From Nemertoderma westbladi (taxonomy: Eukaryota > Animalia > Xenacoelomorpha): DNA of 64,000 nucleotides. The position numbers and the translations under genes were made by a program. Shown piece by piece: positions 1-14,414 of this stretch. The notes under the pieces were generated by a model. The model saw nothing but the letters and a program-made list of their open reading frames with translations. It was not told where the DNA came from and ran no database searches. The stretch's first letter is position 1, and every line of letters begins with the position of its first letter. Location: assembly GCA_032718475.1 (NCBI GenBank), contig JAUCBJ010005047.1:18479-82478 (forward strand), read 5' to 3'.

Positions 1-61
1 ATCACGAAATCGGTATTTATGAAATTTAACCAAAGCGACAATAAATCAAAGAGGAGAGGAT

Positions 62-96
<35 letters not shown>

Positions 97-660
97 TTTC
101 AACCCGCCTTTTAATATGCACCCCAACCCATTAATCTGCACCCCAACCCAAAGGCGCACAGAGGATTGATGAAGGGCAGGTATTAACATGACCTACTGAT
201 TTATCTGATTTAGCATGAGAATCGTAGTGTATAGTGCAGTTTCTGTAGTGAACCATGACCAACTATAAATACGACCCGCCAAGCTGCTGCAAAGCCCCTA
301 AATTTAGTGGGCCAGTTATTTCTCTTAGATAGAACCCCTGAAACAATAGGTCAAGCGCGTCGAAAGTACTTGTCCCTAACTAAAATGATGTCCTCTTGCA
401 GATGAGACGAATAAAAATTTAATAGCTCCAATAGTTTTCGAGATATGAGGAGTTCCTGGCACCCATACCATATCAGCACTTTTCGGAATTGATAAAAATT
501 ACTCAAAATACATCACCCTTCAAAGACCATTAACCATTAGTATAACCATTAAACCATACTATTCTTTATTGGTTTGTTGAATTCATTATTAGTAATCGAA
601 GGTAAGATTAGAAGCAAAATTTTCATTTTTTTATCAATATATACTAAAAGAGCACCAAAA

Positions 661-1500
661 GTGCAAGTAACCCTTATTTCAAACGTGGTAAATTGGCCAT
701 ACAGTTTGGCTACTGAGGTTTTAGAATGCTGATTTCATTGGGAAGGTTTATTCCACTACATCAAACATATCGAAGAGTTGTGTAATATAACAACATAGGC
801 ATGTTGTTATATTAGTTATTAGTCAGTTATTTGTGCCCCTGGAGCGCGAAAAAAACAAGTAGTGGAAATATAATAATGAAAAATCACCACGAAAACAAAT
901 TGATTTTATGACCATGTGGTTTTTTGGGATGCTGATCACGAATATGACATTTAAAAATATCGCACCTTGTTGATTACGGCTTATACATATACATATATAT
1001 ACATAAATATCGTATTATCCATCCAAACAAATTGGATTTTTTCCGTTTGAAATTTTATGCTACTTGCATTTTCGTCCCACCAGACAAACACGAAAAGCGA
1101 TAGTTACGTTACCACGGAATATTTTTAACTAGTTGTATCGTGATTAGCGACCTTGAAAACCAGTATAGTTTCAGAATTACCAAACCAAAGGCAAAATTTA
1201 GCAGTTTCAAATTTTTGCTACTTGTACTTTTCGTTCTGGAGCTGGCACCAAAATTGGGTTTGTACATACCAGAAATATTCTTAACTACTTTCATCGCGAT
1301 CAGCTACCTCGAAAGCCCGTATACGTTTAGAATTATCAAACCAAACACAAAATGTTTAGTTTGACAATTTTTTACTTGTACTTTTCCTTCTGGGGTCCAA
1401 AATAGCACCAAAAATGATTGATGCTTTGCCAGAAAATATTTTTAACAAGTTTGCAAGTTTTATCGTGATCAGCGTCCTCGAAATCCCTTATACTATCAAA
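661..1500 (+). repeat. Dispersed repeat (probable non-autonomous DNA-element remnant) with ~160-bp internal subrepeats; copy 1
   Basis: Subunits starting G(T/C)GAT(C/T)AGC at ~1140, ~1296 and ~1465. 661-1229 is the reverse complement of 2115-2680. The same sequence recurs at 52767-52922 and 54216-54432. Confidence 0.7.
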
Positions 1501-2114
1501 ATTGTAATTTTTGAGACAAGATCTATAAAATATCTAAAATAAAGACAGCAGATAGGGAACGTACCGGTAACTCGGGATTACGGTAACTGAATATGAATCT
1601 CTTAATTCCGCATCAAACACGTAGTAGAGTAGAAAGTAAAATAAAGTATCACTTCCTCAAATCATTAAACGACACTATATTCCAGGATAGTTAATAATAA
1701 TTCCCCTAAATAATATCAGTTCCTCATTAGATTGAAGTCGTATATTATTAATTTATCTCAGCATATCTATTATGTATCAATTACGTTTGTCTATTAAATC
1801 CAAGACAGTAAGAACGAACACTGTTAAGGTGGCCACGCATATTGTCTTACTTGAGATCCTCCGAAAGGGCCGATATGTCTTCGGGGATTCAGATAGGAGT
1901 CCCGCTGGTTTAGGCAGAAGAATAAACCTAGCATGATGGTTCTTAAAGAATAACCGGCCCCTCCAACCCAAGTCCAGCAGTAGCTTCATCTCTACATCAG
2001 ATAAATAACTAATTTTACTCTCCTTCATGAATTTCGATAGACGATGGACGGTATATTCTTTTTACTGGCGGTCTCCGAGGAATTACAGTAGCAGTACAAG
2101 TATTAATTACAGTA

Positions 2115-2680
2115 GAAGTACAAGTAGCAAAAATTTGAAACTGCTAAATTTTGCCTTTGGTTTGGTAATTCTGAAACTATACTGGTTTTCAAGGTCGCTA
2201 ATCACGATACAACTCGTTAAAAATAATTCGTGGTAACGTAACTATCGCTTTTCGTGTTTGTGTGGTGGGACGAAAAATGGAAGTAGCATAAAATTTCAAA
2301 CGGAAAAAATCCAATTTGGTTGGATGGATATTACGATATTTATGTATATATGTATAAGCCGCAATCAACAAGGTGCTATATTTTTAAATGTCATATTCGT
2401 GATCAGCATCCCAAAAAAACCACATGGTCATAAAATCAATTTGTTTTCGTGGTGATTTTTCACCATCATATTTCCACTACTTGTTTTTTTCGTGCTCCAG
2501 GGGCACAAATAACTGACTAATAACTAATATAACAACATGTCTATGTTGTTATATTACACAACTCTTCGATATGTTTGATGTAGAGGAATAAACCTTCCCA
2601 ATGAAATCAGCACATTCTAAAACCTCAGTAGCCAAACTGTATGGCCAATTTACCACGTTTGAAAAAAGTGATACTTGTAC
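2115..2680 (-). repeat. Inverted copy 2 of the 661-1229 repeat (~560-bp inverted arm)
   Basis: Near-identical reverse complement, e.g. AAACGTGGTAAATTGGCCATACAG (681) versus CTGTATGGCCAATTTACCACGTTT (2637-2660). Confidence 0.85.
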
Positions 2681-5600
2681 TACCACTTGGTATTTCTAAC
2701 TGAGAACCTGTTACTGTACTACCACTTGGTATTTCTAACTGAGAACCTGTTACTGTACTACCACTTGGTATTTCTAACTGAGAACCTGTTACAGTACTAC
2801 CACTTGGTATTTCGGACTGAGAACCTGTTACTGTACTACCACTTGGTATTTCTAACTGAGAACCTGTTACTGTACTACCACTTGGTATTTCGGACTGAGA
2901 ACCTGTTACTGTACTACCACTTGGTATTTCGGACTGAGAACCTGTTACTGTACTACCACTTGGTATTTCTAACTGAGAACCTGTTACGGTACTACCACTT
3001 GGTATTTCGGACTGAGAACCTGTTACTGTAGTACCACTTGGTATTTCGGACTGAGAACTGTTACGGTACTACCACTTGGTATTTCGGACTGAGAACCTGT
3101 TACTGTAATACCACTTGGTATTTCTAACTGAGAACCTGTTACGGTACTACCACTTGGTATTTCTAACTGAGAACCTGTTACTGTACTACCACTTGGTATT
3201 TCGGACTGAGAACTGTTACGGTACTACCACTTGGTATTTCGGACTGAGAACCTGTTACTGTAATACCACTTGGTATTTCTAACTGAGAACCTGTTACGGT
3301 ACTACCACTTGGTATTTCTAACTGAGAACCTGTTACTGTACTACCACTTGGTATTTCGGACTGAGAACCTGTTACTGTAATACCACTTGGTATTTCTAAC
3401 TGAGAACCTGTTACGGTACTACCACTTGGTATTTCGGACTGATATCCTGTTACTGTACTACCACTTGGTATTTCTAACTGAGAACCTGTTACTGTACTAC
3501 CACTTGGTATTTCTAACTGAGAACCTGTTACTGTACTACCACTTGGTATTTCTAACTGAGAACCTGTTACTGTACTACCACTTGGTATTTCTAACTGAGA
3601 ACCTGTTACTGTACTACCACTTGGTATTTCTAACTGAGAACCTGTTACTGTACTACCACTTGGTATTTCGGACTGAGAACCTGTTACTGTACTACCACTT
3701 GGTATTTCTAACTGAGAACCTGTTACTGTACTACCACTTGGTATTTCTAACTGAGAACCTGTTACTGTACTACCACTTGGTATTTCTAACTGAGAACCTG
3801 TTACTGTACTACCACGTGGTATTTCTAACTGAGAACCTGTTACTGTACTACCACTTGGTATTTCTAACTGAGAACCTGTTACGGTACTACCACGTGGTAT
3901 TTCTAACTGATAACCTGTTACTGTACTACCACTTGGTATTTCGGACTGAGAACCTGTTACTGTACTACCACTTGGTATTTCTAACTGAGAACCTGTTACT
4001 GTACTACCACTTGGTATTTCTAACTGAGAACCTGTTACTGTACTACCACTTGGTATTTCGGACTGAGAACCTGTTACTGTACTACCACTTGGTATTTCTA
4101 ACTGATAACCTGTTACGTGACTACCACTTGGTATTTCTAACTGAGAACCTGTTACTGTACTACCACTTGGTATTTCTAACTGAGAACCTGTTACTGTACT
4201 ACCACTTGGTATTTCTAACTGAGAACCTGTTACGGTACTACCACTTGGTATTTCTAACTGAGAACCTGTTACTGTACTACCACTTGGTATTTCTAACTGA
4301 GAACCTGTTACTGTACTACCACTTGGTATTTCTAACTGAGAACCTGTTACTGTACTACCACTTGGTATTTCTAACTGAGAACCTGTTACTGTACTACCAC
4401 TTGGTATTTCTAACTGAGAACCTGTTACTGTACTACCACTTGGTATTTCTAACTGAGAACCTGTTACTGTACTACCACTTGGTATTTCTAACTGAGAACC
4501 TGTTACTGTACTACCACTTGGTATTTCTAACTGAGAACCTGTTACTGTACTACCACTTGGTATTTCTAACTGAGAACCTGTTACTGTACTACCACTTGGT
4601 ATTTCTAACTGAGAACCTGTTACTGTACTACCACTTGGTATTTCTAACTGAGAACCTGTTACTGTACTACCACTTGGTATTTCTAACTGAGAACCTGTTA
4701 CTGTACTACCACTTGGTATTTCTAACTGAAAACCTGTTACTGTACTACCACTTGGTATTTCTAACTGAGAACCTGTTACTGTACTACCACTTGGTATTTC
4801 TAACTGAGAACCTGTTACTGTACTACCACTTGGTATTTCTAACTGAGAACCTGTTACTGTACTACCACTTGGTATTTCTAACTGAGAACCTGTTACTGTA
4901 CTACCATTTGGTATTTCTAACTGAGAACCTGTTACTGTACTACCACTTTGTATTTCTAACTGAGAACCTGTTACTGTACTACCACTTGGTATTTCTAACT
5001 GAGAACATGTTACTGTACTACCACTTGGTATTTCTAACTGAGAACCTGTTACTGTACTACCACTTGGTATTTCTAACTGAGAACATGTTACTGTACTACC
5101 ACTTGGTATTTCTAACTGAGAACCTGTTACTGTACTACCACTTGGTATTTCTAACTGAGAACCTGTTACTGTACTACCACTTGGTATTTCTAACTGAGAA
5201 CCTGTTACTGTACTACCACTTGGTATTTCTAACTGATAACCTGTTACTGTACTACCACTTGGTATTTCTAACTGAGAACCTGTTACTGTACTACCACTTG
5301 GTATTTCTAACTGAGAACCTGTTACTGTACTACCACTTGGTATTTCTAACTGATAACCTGTTACTGTACTACCACTTGGTATTTCTAACTGATAACCTGT
5401 TACTGTACTACCACTTGGTATTTCTAACTGAGAACCTGTTACTGTACTACCACTTGGTATTTCTAACTGAGAACCTGTTACTGTACTACCACTTGGTATT
5501 TCTAACTGATAACCTGTTACTGTACTACCACTTGGTATTTCTAACTGATAACCTGTTACTGTACTACCACTTGGTATTTCTAACTGAGAACCTGTTACTG

Positions 5601-5962
5601 TACTACCACTTGGTATTTCTAACTGAGAACCTGTTACTGTACTACCACTTGGTATTTCGGACTGAGAACCTGTTACTGTACTACCACTTGGTATTTCTAA
5701 CTGAGAACCTGTTACTGTACTACCACTTGGTTTTTCTAACTGAGAACCTGTTACTGTACTACCACTTGGTATTTCGGACTGAGAACCTGTTACTGTACTA
5801 CCACTTGGTATTTCGGACTGAGAACCTGTTACTGTAATACCACTTGGTATTTCTAACTGAGAACCTGTTACTGTACTACCACTTGGTATTTCGGACTGAG
5901 AACCTGTTACGGTACTAACACTTGGTATTTCGGACTGATATCCTGTTACTGTACTACCACTT
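2675..5962. repeat. 39-bp tandem array, ~84 copies
   Basis: Unit GTACTACCACTTGGTATTTCTAACTGAGAACCTGTTACT, with CTAA/CGGA variants and 2-bp deletions near 3058 and 3212. Confidence 0.98.
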
Positions 5963-6220
5963 GTGGTCAATGGCGCAAACACCAATTGTGTCCTGTATGA
6001 AAAATTAATTCAATTGAAAACATTAAGGGAAAGGTGCAGGTTCCAGTGGCTGTGTTTTCTTACAAAAACAATAAACGAGACTTTATTTCACTTGCGGTCA
6101 ATGTGCGCCACTATGTGACCACTTTTTGGTATTTCATATTTTATTTTCATTGATTCTACGCTGCTTAAAGAGGTGTTCGTACTTCATTGCGGTGGTAAAA
6201 TTTTTACCTATAAAGGTATG

Positions 6221-9167
6221 TGGTAATTATTATTATTGCGTGTTCGTCCGCATGCAGTTTATTGCACGAGGATGTTGTGTAGGTAATTATTATTATTGCG
6301 TGTTCGTTCGCATGCAGTTTATTGCACGAGGATGTTGTGTAGGTAATTATTATTATTGCGTGTTCGTCCGCATGCAGTTTATTGCACGAGGATGTTGTGT
6401 AGGTAATTATTATTATTGCGTGTTCGTTCGCATGCAGTTTATTGCACGAGGATGTTGTGTAGGTAATTATTATTATTGCGTGTTCGTCCGCATGCAGTTT
6501 ATTGCACGAGGATGTTGTGTAGGTAATTATTATTATTGCGGGTTCGTCCGCATGCAGTTTATTGCACGAGGATGTTGTGTAGGTAATTATTATTATTGCG
6601 TGTTCGTTCGTTCGCATGCAGTTTATTGCACGAGGATGTTGTGTAGGTAATTATTATTATTGCGTGTTCGTTCGCATGCAGTTTATTGCACGAGGATGTT
6701 GTGTAGGTAATTATTATTATTGCGTGTTCGTTCGCATGCAGTTTATTGCACGAGGATGTTGTGTAGGTAATTATTATTATTGCGTGTTCGTTCGCATGCA
6801 GTTTATTGCACGAGGATGTTGTGTAGGTAATTATTATTATTGCGGGTTCGTCCGCATGCAGTTTATTGCACGAGGATGTTGTGTAGGTAATTATTATTAT
6901 TGCGTGTTCGTTCGTCCGCATGCAGTTTATTGCACGAGGATGTTGTGTAGGTAATTATTATTATTGCGTGTTCGTTCGTCCGCATGCAGTTTATTGCACG
7001 AGGATGTTGTGTAGGTAATTATTATTATTGCGTGTTCGTTCGCATGCAGTTTATTGCACGAGGATGTTCTGTAGGTAATTATTATTATTGCGTGTTCGTT
7101 CGTCCGCATGCAGTTTATTGCACGAGGATGTTGTGTAGGTAATTATTATTATTGCGTGTTCGTTCGCATGCAGTTTATTGCACGAGGATGTTCTGTAGGT
7201 AATTATTATTATTGCGTATTCGTCCGCATGCAGTTTATTGCACGAGGATGTTGTGTAGGTAATTATTATTATTGCGTATTCGTCCGCATGCAGTTTATTG
7301 CACGAGGATGTTGTGTAGGTAATTATTATTATTGCGTGTTCGTTCGTCCGCATGCAGTTTATTGCACGAGGATGTTCTGTAGGTAATTATTATTATTGCG
7401 TATTCGTCCGCATGCAGTTTATTGCACGAGGATGTTCTGTAGGTAATTATTATTATTGCGTGTTCGTTCGTCCGCATGCAGTTTATTGCACGAGGATGTT
7501 CTGTAGGTAATTATTATTATTGCGTATTCGTCCGCATGCAGTTTATTGCACGAGGATGTTCTGTAGGTAATTATTATTATTGCGTGTTCGTTCGCATGCA
7601 GTTTATTGCACGAGGATGTTGTGTAGGTAATTATTATTATTGCGTGTTCGTTCGTCCGCATGCAGTTTATTGCACGAGGATGTTCTGTAGGTAATTATTA
7701 TTATTGCGTGTTCGTTCGCATGCAGTTTATTGCACGAGGATGTTCTGTAGGTAATTATTATTATTGCGTGTTCGTTCGCATGCAGTTTATTGCACGAGGA
7801 TGTTGTGTAGGTAATTATTATTATTGCGTGTTCGTTCGTCCGCATGCAGTTTATTGCACGAGGATGTTCTGTAGGTAATTATTATTATTGCGTGTTCGTT
7901 CGCATGCAGTTTATTGCACGAGGATGTTGTGTAGGTAATTATTATTATTGCGTGTTCGTTCGCATGCAGTTTATTGCACGAGGATGTTCTGTAGGTAATT
8001 ATTATTATTGCGTATTCGTCCGCATGCAGTTTATTGCACGAGGATGTTGTGTAGGTAATTATTATTATTGCGTATTCGTCCGCATGCAGTTTATTGCACG
8101 AGGATGTTGTGTAGGTAATTATTATTATTGCGTGTTCGTTCGTCCGCATGCAGTTTATTGCACGAGGATGTTCTGTAGGTAATTATTATTATTGCGTATT
8201 CGTCCGCATGCAGTTTATTGCACGAGGATGTTCTGTAGGTAATTATTATTATTGCGTGTTCGTTCGCATGCAGTTTATTGCACGAGGATGTTGTGTAGGT
8301 AATTATTATTATTGCGTGTTCGTTCGCATGCAGTTTATTGCACGAGGATGTTCTGTAGGTAATTATTATTATTGCGTATTCGTCCGCATGCAGTTTATTG
8401 CACGAGGATGTTGTGTAGGTAATTATTATTATTGCGTATTCGTCCGCATGCAGTTTATTGCACGAGGATGTTGTGTAGGTAATTATTATTATTGCGTGTT
8501 CGTTCGTCCGCATGCAGTTTATTGCACGAGGATGTTGTGTAGGTAATTATTATTATTGCGTATTCGTCCGCATGCAGTTTATTGCACGAGGATGTTGTGT
8601 AGGTAATTATTATTATTGCGTATTCGTCCGCATGCAGTTTATTGCACGAGGATGTTGTGTAGGTAATTATTATTATTGCGTGTTCGTTCGTCCGCATGCA
8701 GTTTATTGCACGAGGATGTTCTGTAGGTAATTATTATTATTGCGTATTCGTCCGCATGCAGTTTATTGCACGAGGATGTTCTGTAGGTAATTATTATTAT
8801 TGCGTGTTCGTTCGTCCGCATGCAGTTTATTGCACGAGGATGTTGTGTAGGTAATTATTATTATTGCGTGTTCGTTCGTCCGCATGCAGTTTATTGCACG
8901 AGGATGTTCTGTAGGTAATTATTATTATTGCGTGTTCGTTCGCATGCAGTTTATTGCACGAGGATGTTCTGTAGGTAATTATTATTATTGCGTGTTCGTT
9001 CGCATGCAGTTTATTGCACGAGGATGTTGTGTAGGTAATTATTATTATTGCGTGTTCGTTCGTCCGCATGCAGTTTATTGCACGAGGATGTTCTGTAGGT
9101 AATTATTATTATTGCGTATTCGTCCGCATGCAGTTTATTGCGCGAGGATGTTCTGTAGGTAATTATA
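6221..9167. repeat. 60-bp tandem array (64-bp variants), ~48 copies
   Basis: Unit GGTAATTATTATTATTGCGTGTTCGTCCGCATGCAGTTTATTGCACGAGGATGTTGTGTA; some units carry an extra TTCG. Confidence 0.98.
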
Positions 9168-9309
9168 ATGACATTAGAATTACGACGTTAGTTAATGTTG
9201 ATAGATTATTTATTGTTATAATTGCTTTTGTTATAATTGTTACTGTTTAACACGGTAATGGTAATAAATGGTGTACCCCCCCCCCCCCCTTAACACATGT
9301 CTAAATGTG

Positions 9310-9940
9310 AGTTGCATCCCTCTTATCTGGTCCACCTGTATCCTAAAGATTCTATACAAAGGAAAGGGTGACATCAGTGACCCGTGTAATTGTGACATCA
9401 GTGACCCGTGTAATTGTGACATCAGTGACCCGTGTAATTATAGGTGCATTGCAATGATATGTGTACTTCTTAAGATTTTAATCTCTATTGTAAATACTCG
9501 TGTGATTTACAATATAAAACACTTCGTGCCTCCGGAGCAATATGGGTTTATTTCCGGCCGTTCCACAAGGCAAGCTTTCAAGAAATTTATAGACTTTGTA
9601 CAATGTACATGTCAATGTGCATGAGACCAAATCTAAACCAGTTTACGGTCAATGTGCATGGGACCAAATCTAAACCAGTTTACGCCGCATTTATTGATTG
9701 ATTTTAAAAAGGCGTGCGAAATGGTTGACAGAAATATATTGCTGCACAAGATGTACACTCAATTTGGAATAAGGGGAAAATTATTTAAACTCATTCGGTC
9801 AATATATAACAACATAATTAAAATTTACGATGAGATTAAATACTCGTCACTGATCTGATCACCCAATTACGCGGAATACTACAAGGCGATTGCTTTTCCC
9901 TAACAGCTTTCATCATGTTTACCACCGATCTCGCGACCGC
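9310..9940 (+). pseudogene. Degenerate non-LTR retrotransposon RT remnant (RTE/RTEX-like)
   Basis: Motifs LYKGKGD..P.NYR.IA, EQYGF..GRST, IDFKKA..MVDR..L and GILQGDCFS, broken by stops and frameshifts. Internal 24-bp x3 (9368-9440) and 37-bp x2 (9611-9684) duplications. Ends where the 91-bp array starts. Confidence 0.8.
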
Positions 9941-12893
9941 TATGTTTCCATATAGTGGCGCCTGTTATTGTGATAGAGCCCTCCTAAGATTAACTAGTAC
10001 CAATCATTAGGTAACCCAAGTAATGAGGCTGTATGTTTCCATATAGTGGCGCCTGTTATTGTGATAGAGCCCTACTAAGATTAACTAGTACCAATCATTA
10101 GGTAACCCAAGTAATGAGGCTGTATGTTTCCATATAGTGGCGCCTGTTATTGTGATAGAGCCCTACTAAGATTAACTAGTACCAATCATTAGGTAACCCA
10201 AGTAATGAGGCTGTATGTTTCCATATAGTGGCGCCTGTTATTGTGATAGAGCCCTACTAAGATTAACTAGTACCAATCATTAGGTAACCCAAGTAATGAG
10301 GCTGTATGTTTCCATATAGTGGCGCCTGTTATTGTGATAGAGCCCTACTAAGATTAACTAGTACCAATCATTAGGTAACCCAAGTAATAAGGCTGTATGT
10401 TTCCATATAGTGGCGCCTGTTATTGTGATAGAGCCCTACTAAGATTAACTAGTACCAATCATTAGGTAACCCAAGTAATGAGGCTGTATGTTTCCATATA
10501 GTGGCGCCTGTTATTGTGATAGAGCCCTACTAAGATTAACTAGTACCAATCATTAGGTAACCCAAGTAATGAGGCTGTATGTTTCCATATAGTGGCGCCT
10601 GTTATTGTGATAAAGCCCTCCTAAGATTAACTAGTACCAATCATTAGGTAACCCAAGTAATAAGGCTGTATGTTTCCATATAGTGGCGCCTGTTATTGTG
10701 ATAGAGCCCTCCTAAGATTAACTAGTACCAATCATTAGGTAACCCAAGTAATAAGTACCAATCATTAGGTAACCCATGTAATAAGGCTGTATGTTTCCAT
10801 ACAGTGGCGCCTGTTATTGTGATGGAGCCCTACTAAGATTAACTAGTACCAATCATTAGGTAACCCAAGTAATAAGGCTGTATGTTTCCATATAGTGGCG
10901 CCTGTTATTGTGATAGAGCCCTACTAAGATTAACTAGTACCAATCATTAGGTAACCCAAGCAATAAGTACCAATCATTAGGTAACCCAAGTAATAAGGCT
11001 GTATGTTTCCATATAGTGGCGCCTGTTATTGTGATAGAGCCCTACTAAGATTAACTAGTACCAATCATTAGGTAACCCAAGTAATAAGTACCAATCATTA
11101 GGTAACCCAAGTAATAAGGCTGTATGTTTCCATATAGTGGCGCCTGTTATTGTGATAGAGCCCTACTAAGATTAACTAGTACCAATCATTAGGTAACCCA
11201 AGTAATGAGGCTGTATGTTTCCATATAGTGGCGCCTGTTATTGTGATAGAGCCCTCCTAAGATTAACTAGTACCAATCATTAGGTAACCCAAGTAATAAG
11301 TACCAATCATTAGGTAACCCAAGTAATAAGGCTGTATGTTTCCATACAGTGGCGCCTGTTATTGTGATGGAGCCCTACTAAGATTAACTAGTACCAATCA
11401 TTAGGTAACCCAAGTAATAAGGCTGTATGTTTCCATATAGTGGCGCCTGTTATTGTGATAGAGCCCTACTAAGATTAACTAGTACCAATCATTAGGTAAC
11501 CCAAGTAATAAGTACCAATCATTAGGTAACCCAAGCAATAAGTACCAATCATTAGGTAACCCAAGTAATAAGGCTGTATGTTTCCATATAGTGGCGCCTG
11601 TTATTGTGATAGAGCCCTACTAAGATTAACTAGTACCAATCATTAGGTAACCCAAGTAATAAGGCTGTATGTTTCCATATAGTGGCGCCTGTTATTGTGA
11701 TAGAGCCCTCCTAAGATTAACTAGTACCAATCATTAGGTAACCCAAGTAATAAGGCTGTATGTTTCCATATAGTGGCGCCTGTTATTGTGATAGAGCCCT
11801 ACTAAGATTAACTAGTACCAATCATTAGGTAACCCAAGCAATAAGTACCAATCATTAGGTAACCCAAGTAATAAGGCTGTATGTTTCCATATAGTGGCGC
11901 CTGTTATTGTGATAGAGCCCTACTAAGATTAACTAGTACCAATCATTAGGTAACCCAAGTAATAAGTACCAATCATTAGGTAACCCAAGTAATAAGTACC
12001 AATCATTAGGTAACCCAAGTAATAATGCTGTATGTTTCCATACAGTGGCGCCTGTTATTGTGATAGAGCCCTACTAAGATTAACTAGTACCAATCATTAG
12101 GTAACCCAAGTAATAAGTACCAATCATTAGGTAACCCAAGTAATAAGGCTGTATGTTTCCATATAGTGGCGCCTGTTATTGTGATAGAGCCCTACTAAGA
12201 TTAACTAGTACCAATCATTAGGTAACCCAAGTAATAAGTACCAATCATTAGGTAACCCAAGTAATAAGGCTGTATGTTTCCATATAGTGGCGCCTGTTAT
12301 TGTGATAGAGCCCTACTAAGATTAACTAGTACCAATCATTAGGTAACCCAAGTAATAAGTACCAATCATTAGGTAACCCAAGTAATTACTACCAATCATT
12401 AGGTAACCCAAGTAATAAGTACCAATCATTAGGTAACCCAAGTAATAAGGCTGTATGTTTCCATATAGTGGCGCCTGTTATTGTGATAGAGCCCTACTAA
12501 GATTAACTAGTACCAATCATTAGGTAACCCAAGTAATAAGGCTGTATGTTTCCATATAGTGGCGCCTGTTATTGTGATAGAGCCCTACTAAGATTAACTA
12601 GTACCAATCATTAGGTAACCCAAGCAATAAGTACCAATCATTAGGTAACCCAAGTAATAAGGCTGTATGTTTCCATATAGTGGCGCCTGTTATTGTGATA
12701 GAGCCCTACTAAGATTAACTAGTACCAATCATTAGGTAACCCAAGTAATGAGGCTGTATGTTTCCATATAGTGGCGCCTGTTATTGTGATAGAGCCCTAC
12801 TAAGATTAACTAGTACCAATCATTAGGTAACCCAAGTAATAAGTACCAATCATTAGGTAACCCAAGTAATAAGGCTGTATGTTTCCATATAGT
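9941..12893. repeat. 91-bp satellite, left block
   Basis: Unit TATGTTTCCATATAGTGGCGCCTGTTATTGTGATAGAGCCCTACTAAGATTAACTAGTACCAATCATTAGGTAACCCAAGTAAT(A/G)AGGCTG, with 1-4x expansions of an internal 30-bp subunit. Confidence 0.98.
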
Positions 12894-14414
12894 TTAGTTT
12901 AAGTTTAGTTTAAGTTTAAGTTTATTGTTATTTATAGGAAAATGTTATAATTAGAACCATCACCAAAGCACAGTTTAGTTGTAATGGAATAAAAAGAAAA
13001 TGTGTATGCAGTGTGCGAGGCGGTGGGTTGGTAAGGGTTGCAGCAATAGCCAGGCTAGTCGAGGCTGCCAACCGACCAAGGGTAAATGTACTGTATATGT
13101 AACTAAGTATTATATATTTGAAAAAAGATAAAATAAGAACTGTTATAAACCTTTAATAATTGTTGATCAGGATCACAAGGAAATATAATAATTTAATTAA
13201 CCATTTTACAATACACTGTAGTGAAGAAACAGTCCAGTCGCAGTGTATGTGAGAAGGAAATATAATAAGATAGAGCCAGACATATAGGGAGATATTGTGT
13301 AATGTATTATTATGACGTTACGTCATGTGTTCAAATAGGTATGTTTTAAATTGACGTTTAAATGAAAATTTAGATTTGCTAATAATTAGACTAGAGGGGA
13401 GACTGTTCCACAATACTGGCCCAGTGACTGATAATCCTTGGTGTGCTACATTGAGACGGGTTAACGGTACTACGAATTTGCCTAAAGTAGATGAACGGGT
13501 GTTATATAAATGAATATCAGACAATTTAGTAAAAAAATTTGAAAGAGGGTGATTATTAGAAGATTTTGATATATCGTACATTAACTGGCCTAATTGTAAT
13601 TCAAATATAGATTCGATTGGCAAAACATTTAGTGATTTGTAAAGTGGCACAGAGTGAGCCCGGTAGTCACTAAATGTTATGCAACGCAAGATTTTATTAA
13701 CTTTAATTCTTAGTGGACGTGTTATTGATTTGCAGGCAGTACCCCAAGCAAGAATTCCATAAGTGATGTAAGGATTAATTAATGTATAATACAGCGTACG
13801 TAAAATTTGGCTTGGGAAAAAGTGTCTTAATTTATAAAAAAGTCCGGAGGATCTAGATATTTTTTTAAGGATGTAATTTATATGCGTTTTCCAGCTCAAA
13901 TTGTCATCGATAAAGATACCTAAGTACTTAGTGCTATTTACCTTAGTAATTTCATTGGCTTTAATTTTAACTTTCGGTAGTCCAAGACAGTTTTTGTTAC
14001 TAAAAATAGAGTATTCTGTTTTACTAAGATTAAGTGATAATGAGTTGTCTATAAGCCAGTCCGAAATTTTTTCCAGTTCAGTGTTTGTGTTGTTAATCAA
14101 TAAATTTAAGTCTGAATTGAAGCCCAGTAACGTCGTATCGTCGGCAAATAAAGTTGTCAAAAATTTGGATGCGTCCGGTAAGTCGTTCACATATAAAAGA
14201 AACAGCAATGGTGAAAGGACTGAACCCTGGGGCGTTCCGCAGGTTACCGGAAGAGTGGGTGAGATTACGCCATTTAAGGATACTGATTGTGTACGGTCTG
14301 TTAGAAAACTCCTAAGTAAAGTCTGGGGGGTGCCTCGAATTCCGTAAGATTCTAATTTTTTAAATAAGGTAGAGTGGTTCAACGTATCAAACGCTTTTTT
14401 TAACATATATAACA
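12894..14414 (-). mobile_element. 5'-truncated LINE (L2/Crack-like) inserted in the 91-bp satellite
   Basis: Uninterrupted RT/C-terminal ORF 14400-13318 (KKAFDT, GTPQGSVLSPLLF, FADD, KYLG, YGILAWG). It is followed by a 3' UTR and a (T)TAAAC tandem tail at 12894-12922. The satellite resumes in register at 14416. Confidence 0.92.

Noticed and set aside
1777-2090. 83-aa ORF in the spacer of the inverted repeat
   Set aside because: No recognisable motif; possibly decayed TE sequence, but I cannot support a call.
3178-5985. 935-aa S/T/G-rich ORF (mucin or ice-nucleation-like) and the opposite-strand 816-aa ORF
   Set aside because: Both come from a stop-free 39-bp unit. There is no ATG start, signal peptide or unique domain, and 2-bp deletions break the frame.
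6042-6070. RSS-like TCCAGTG-13-ACAAAAACA and nearby CACTATG
   Set aside because: Lacks the essential CAC, the spacer is 13 nt, and there is no partner signal or RAG/Transib ORF.
6126-9250. Many Cys-rich or His-rich repeat ORFs
   Set aside because: Translations of the 60-bp array, repeatedly frameshifted by 4-bp insertions.
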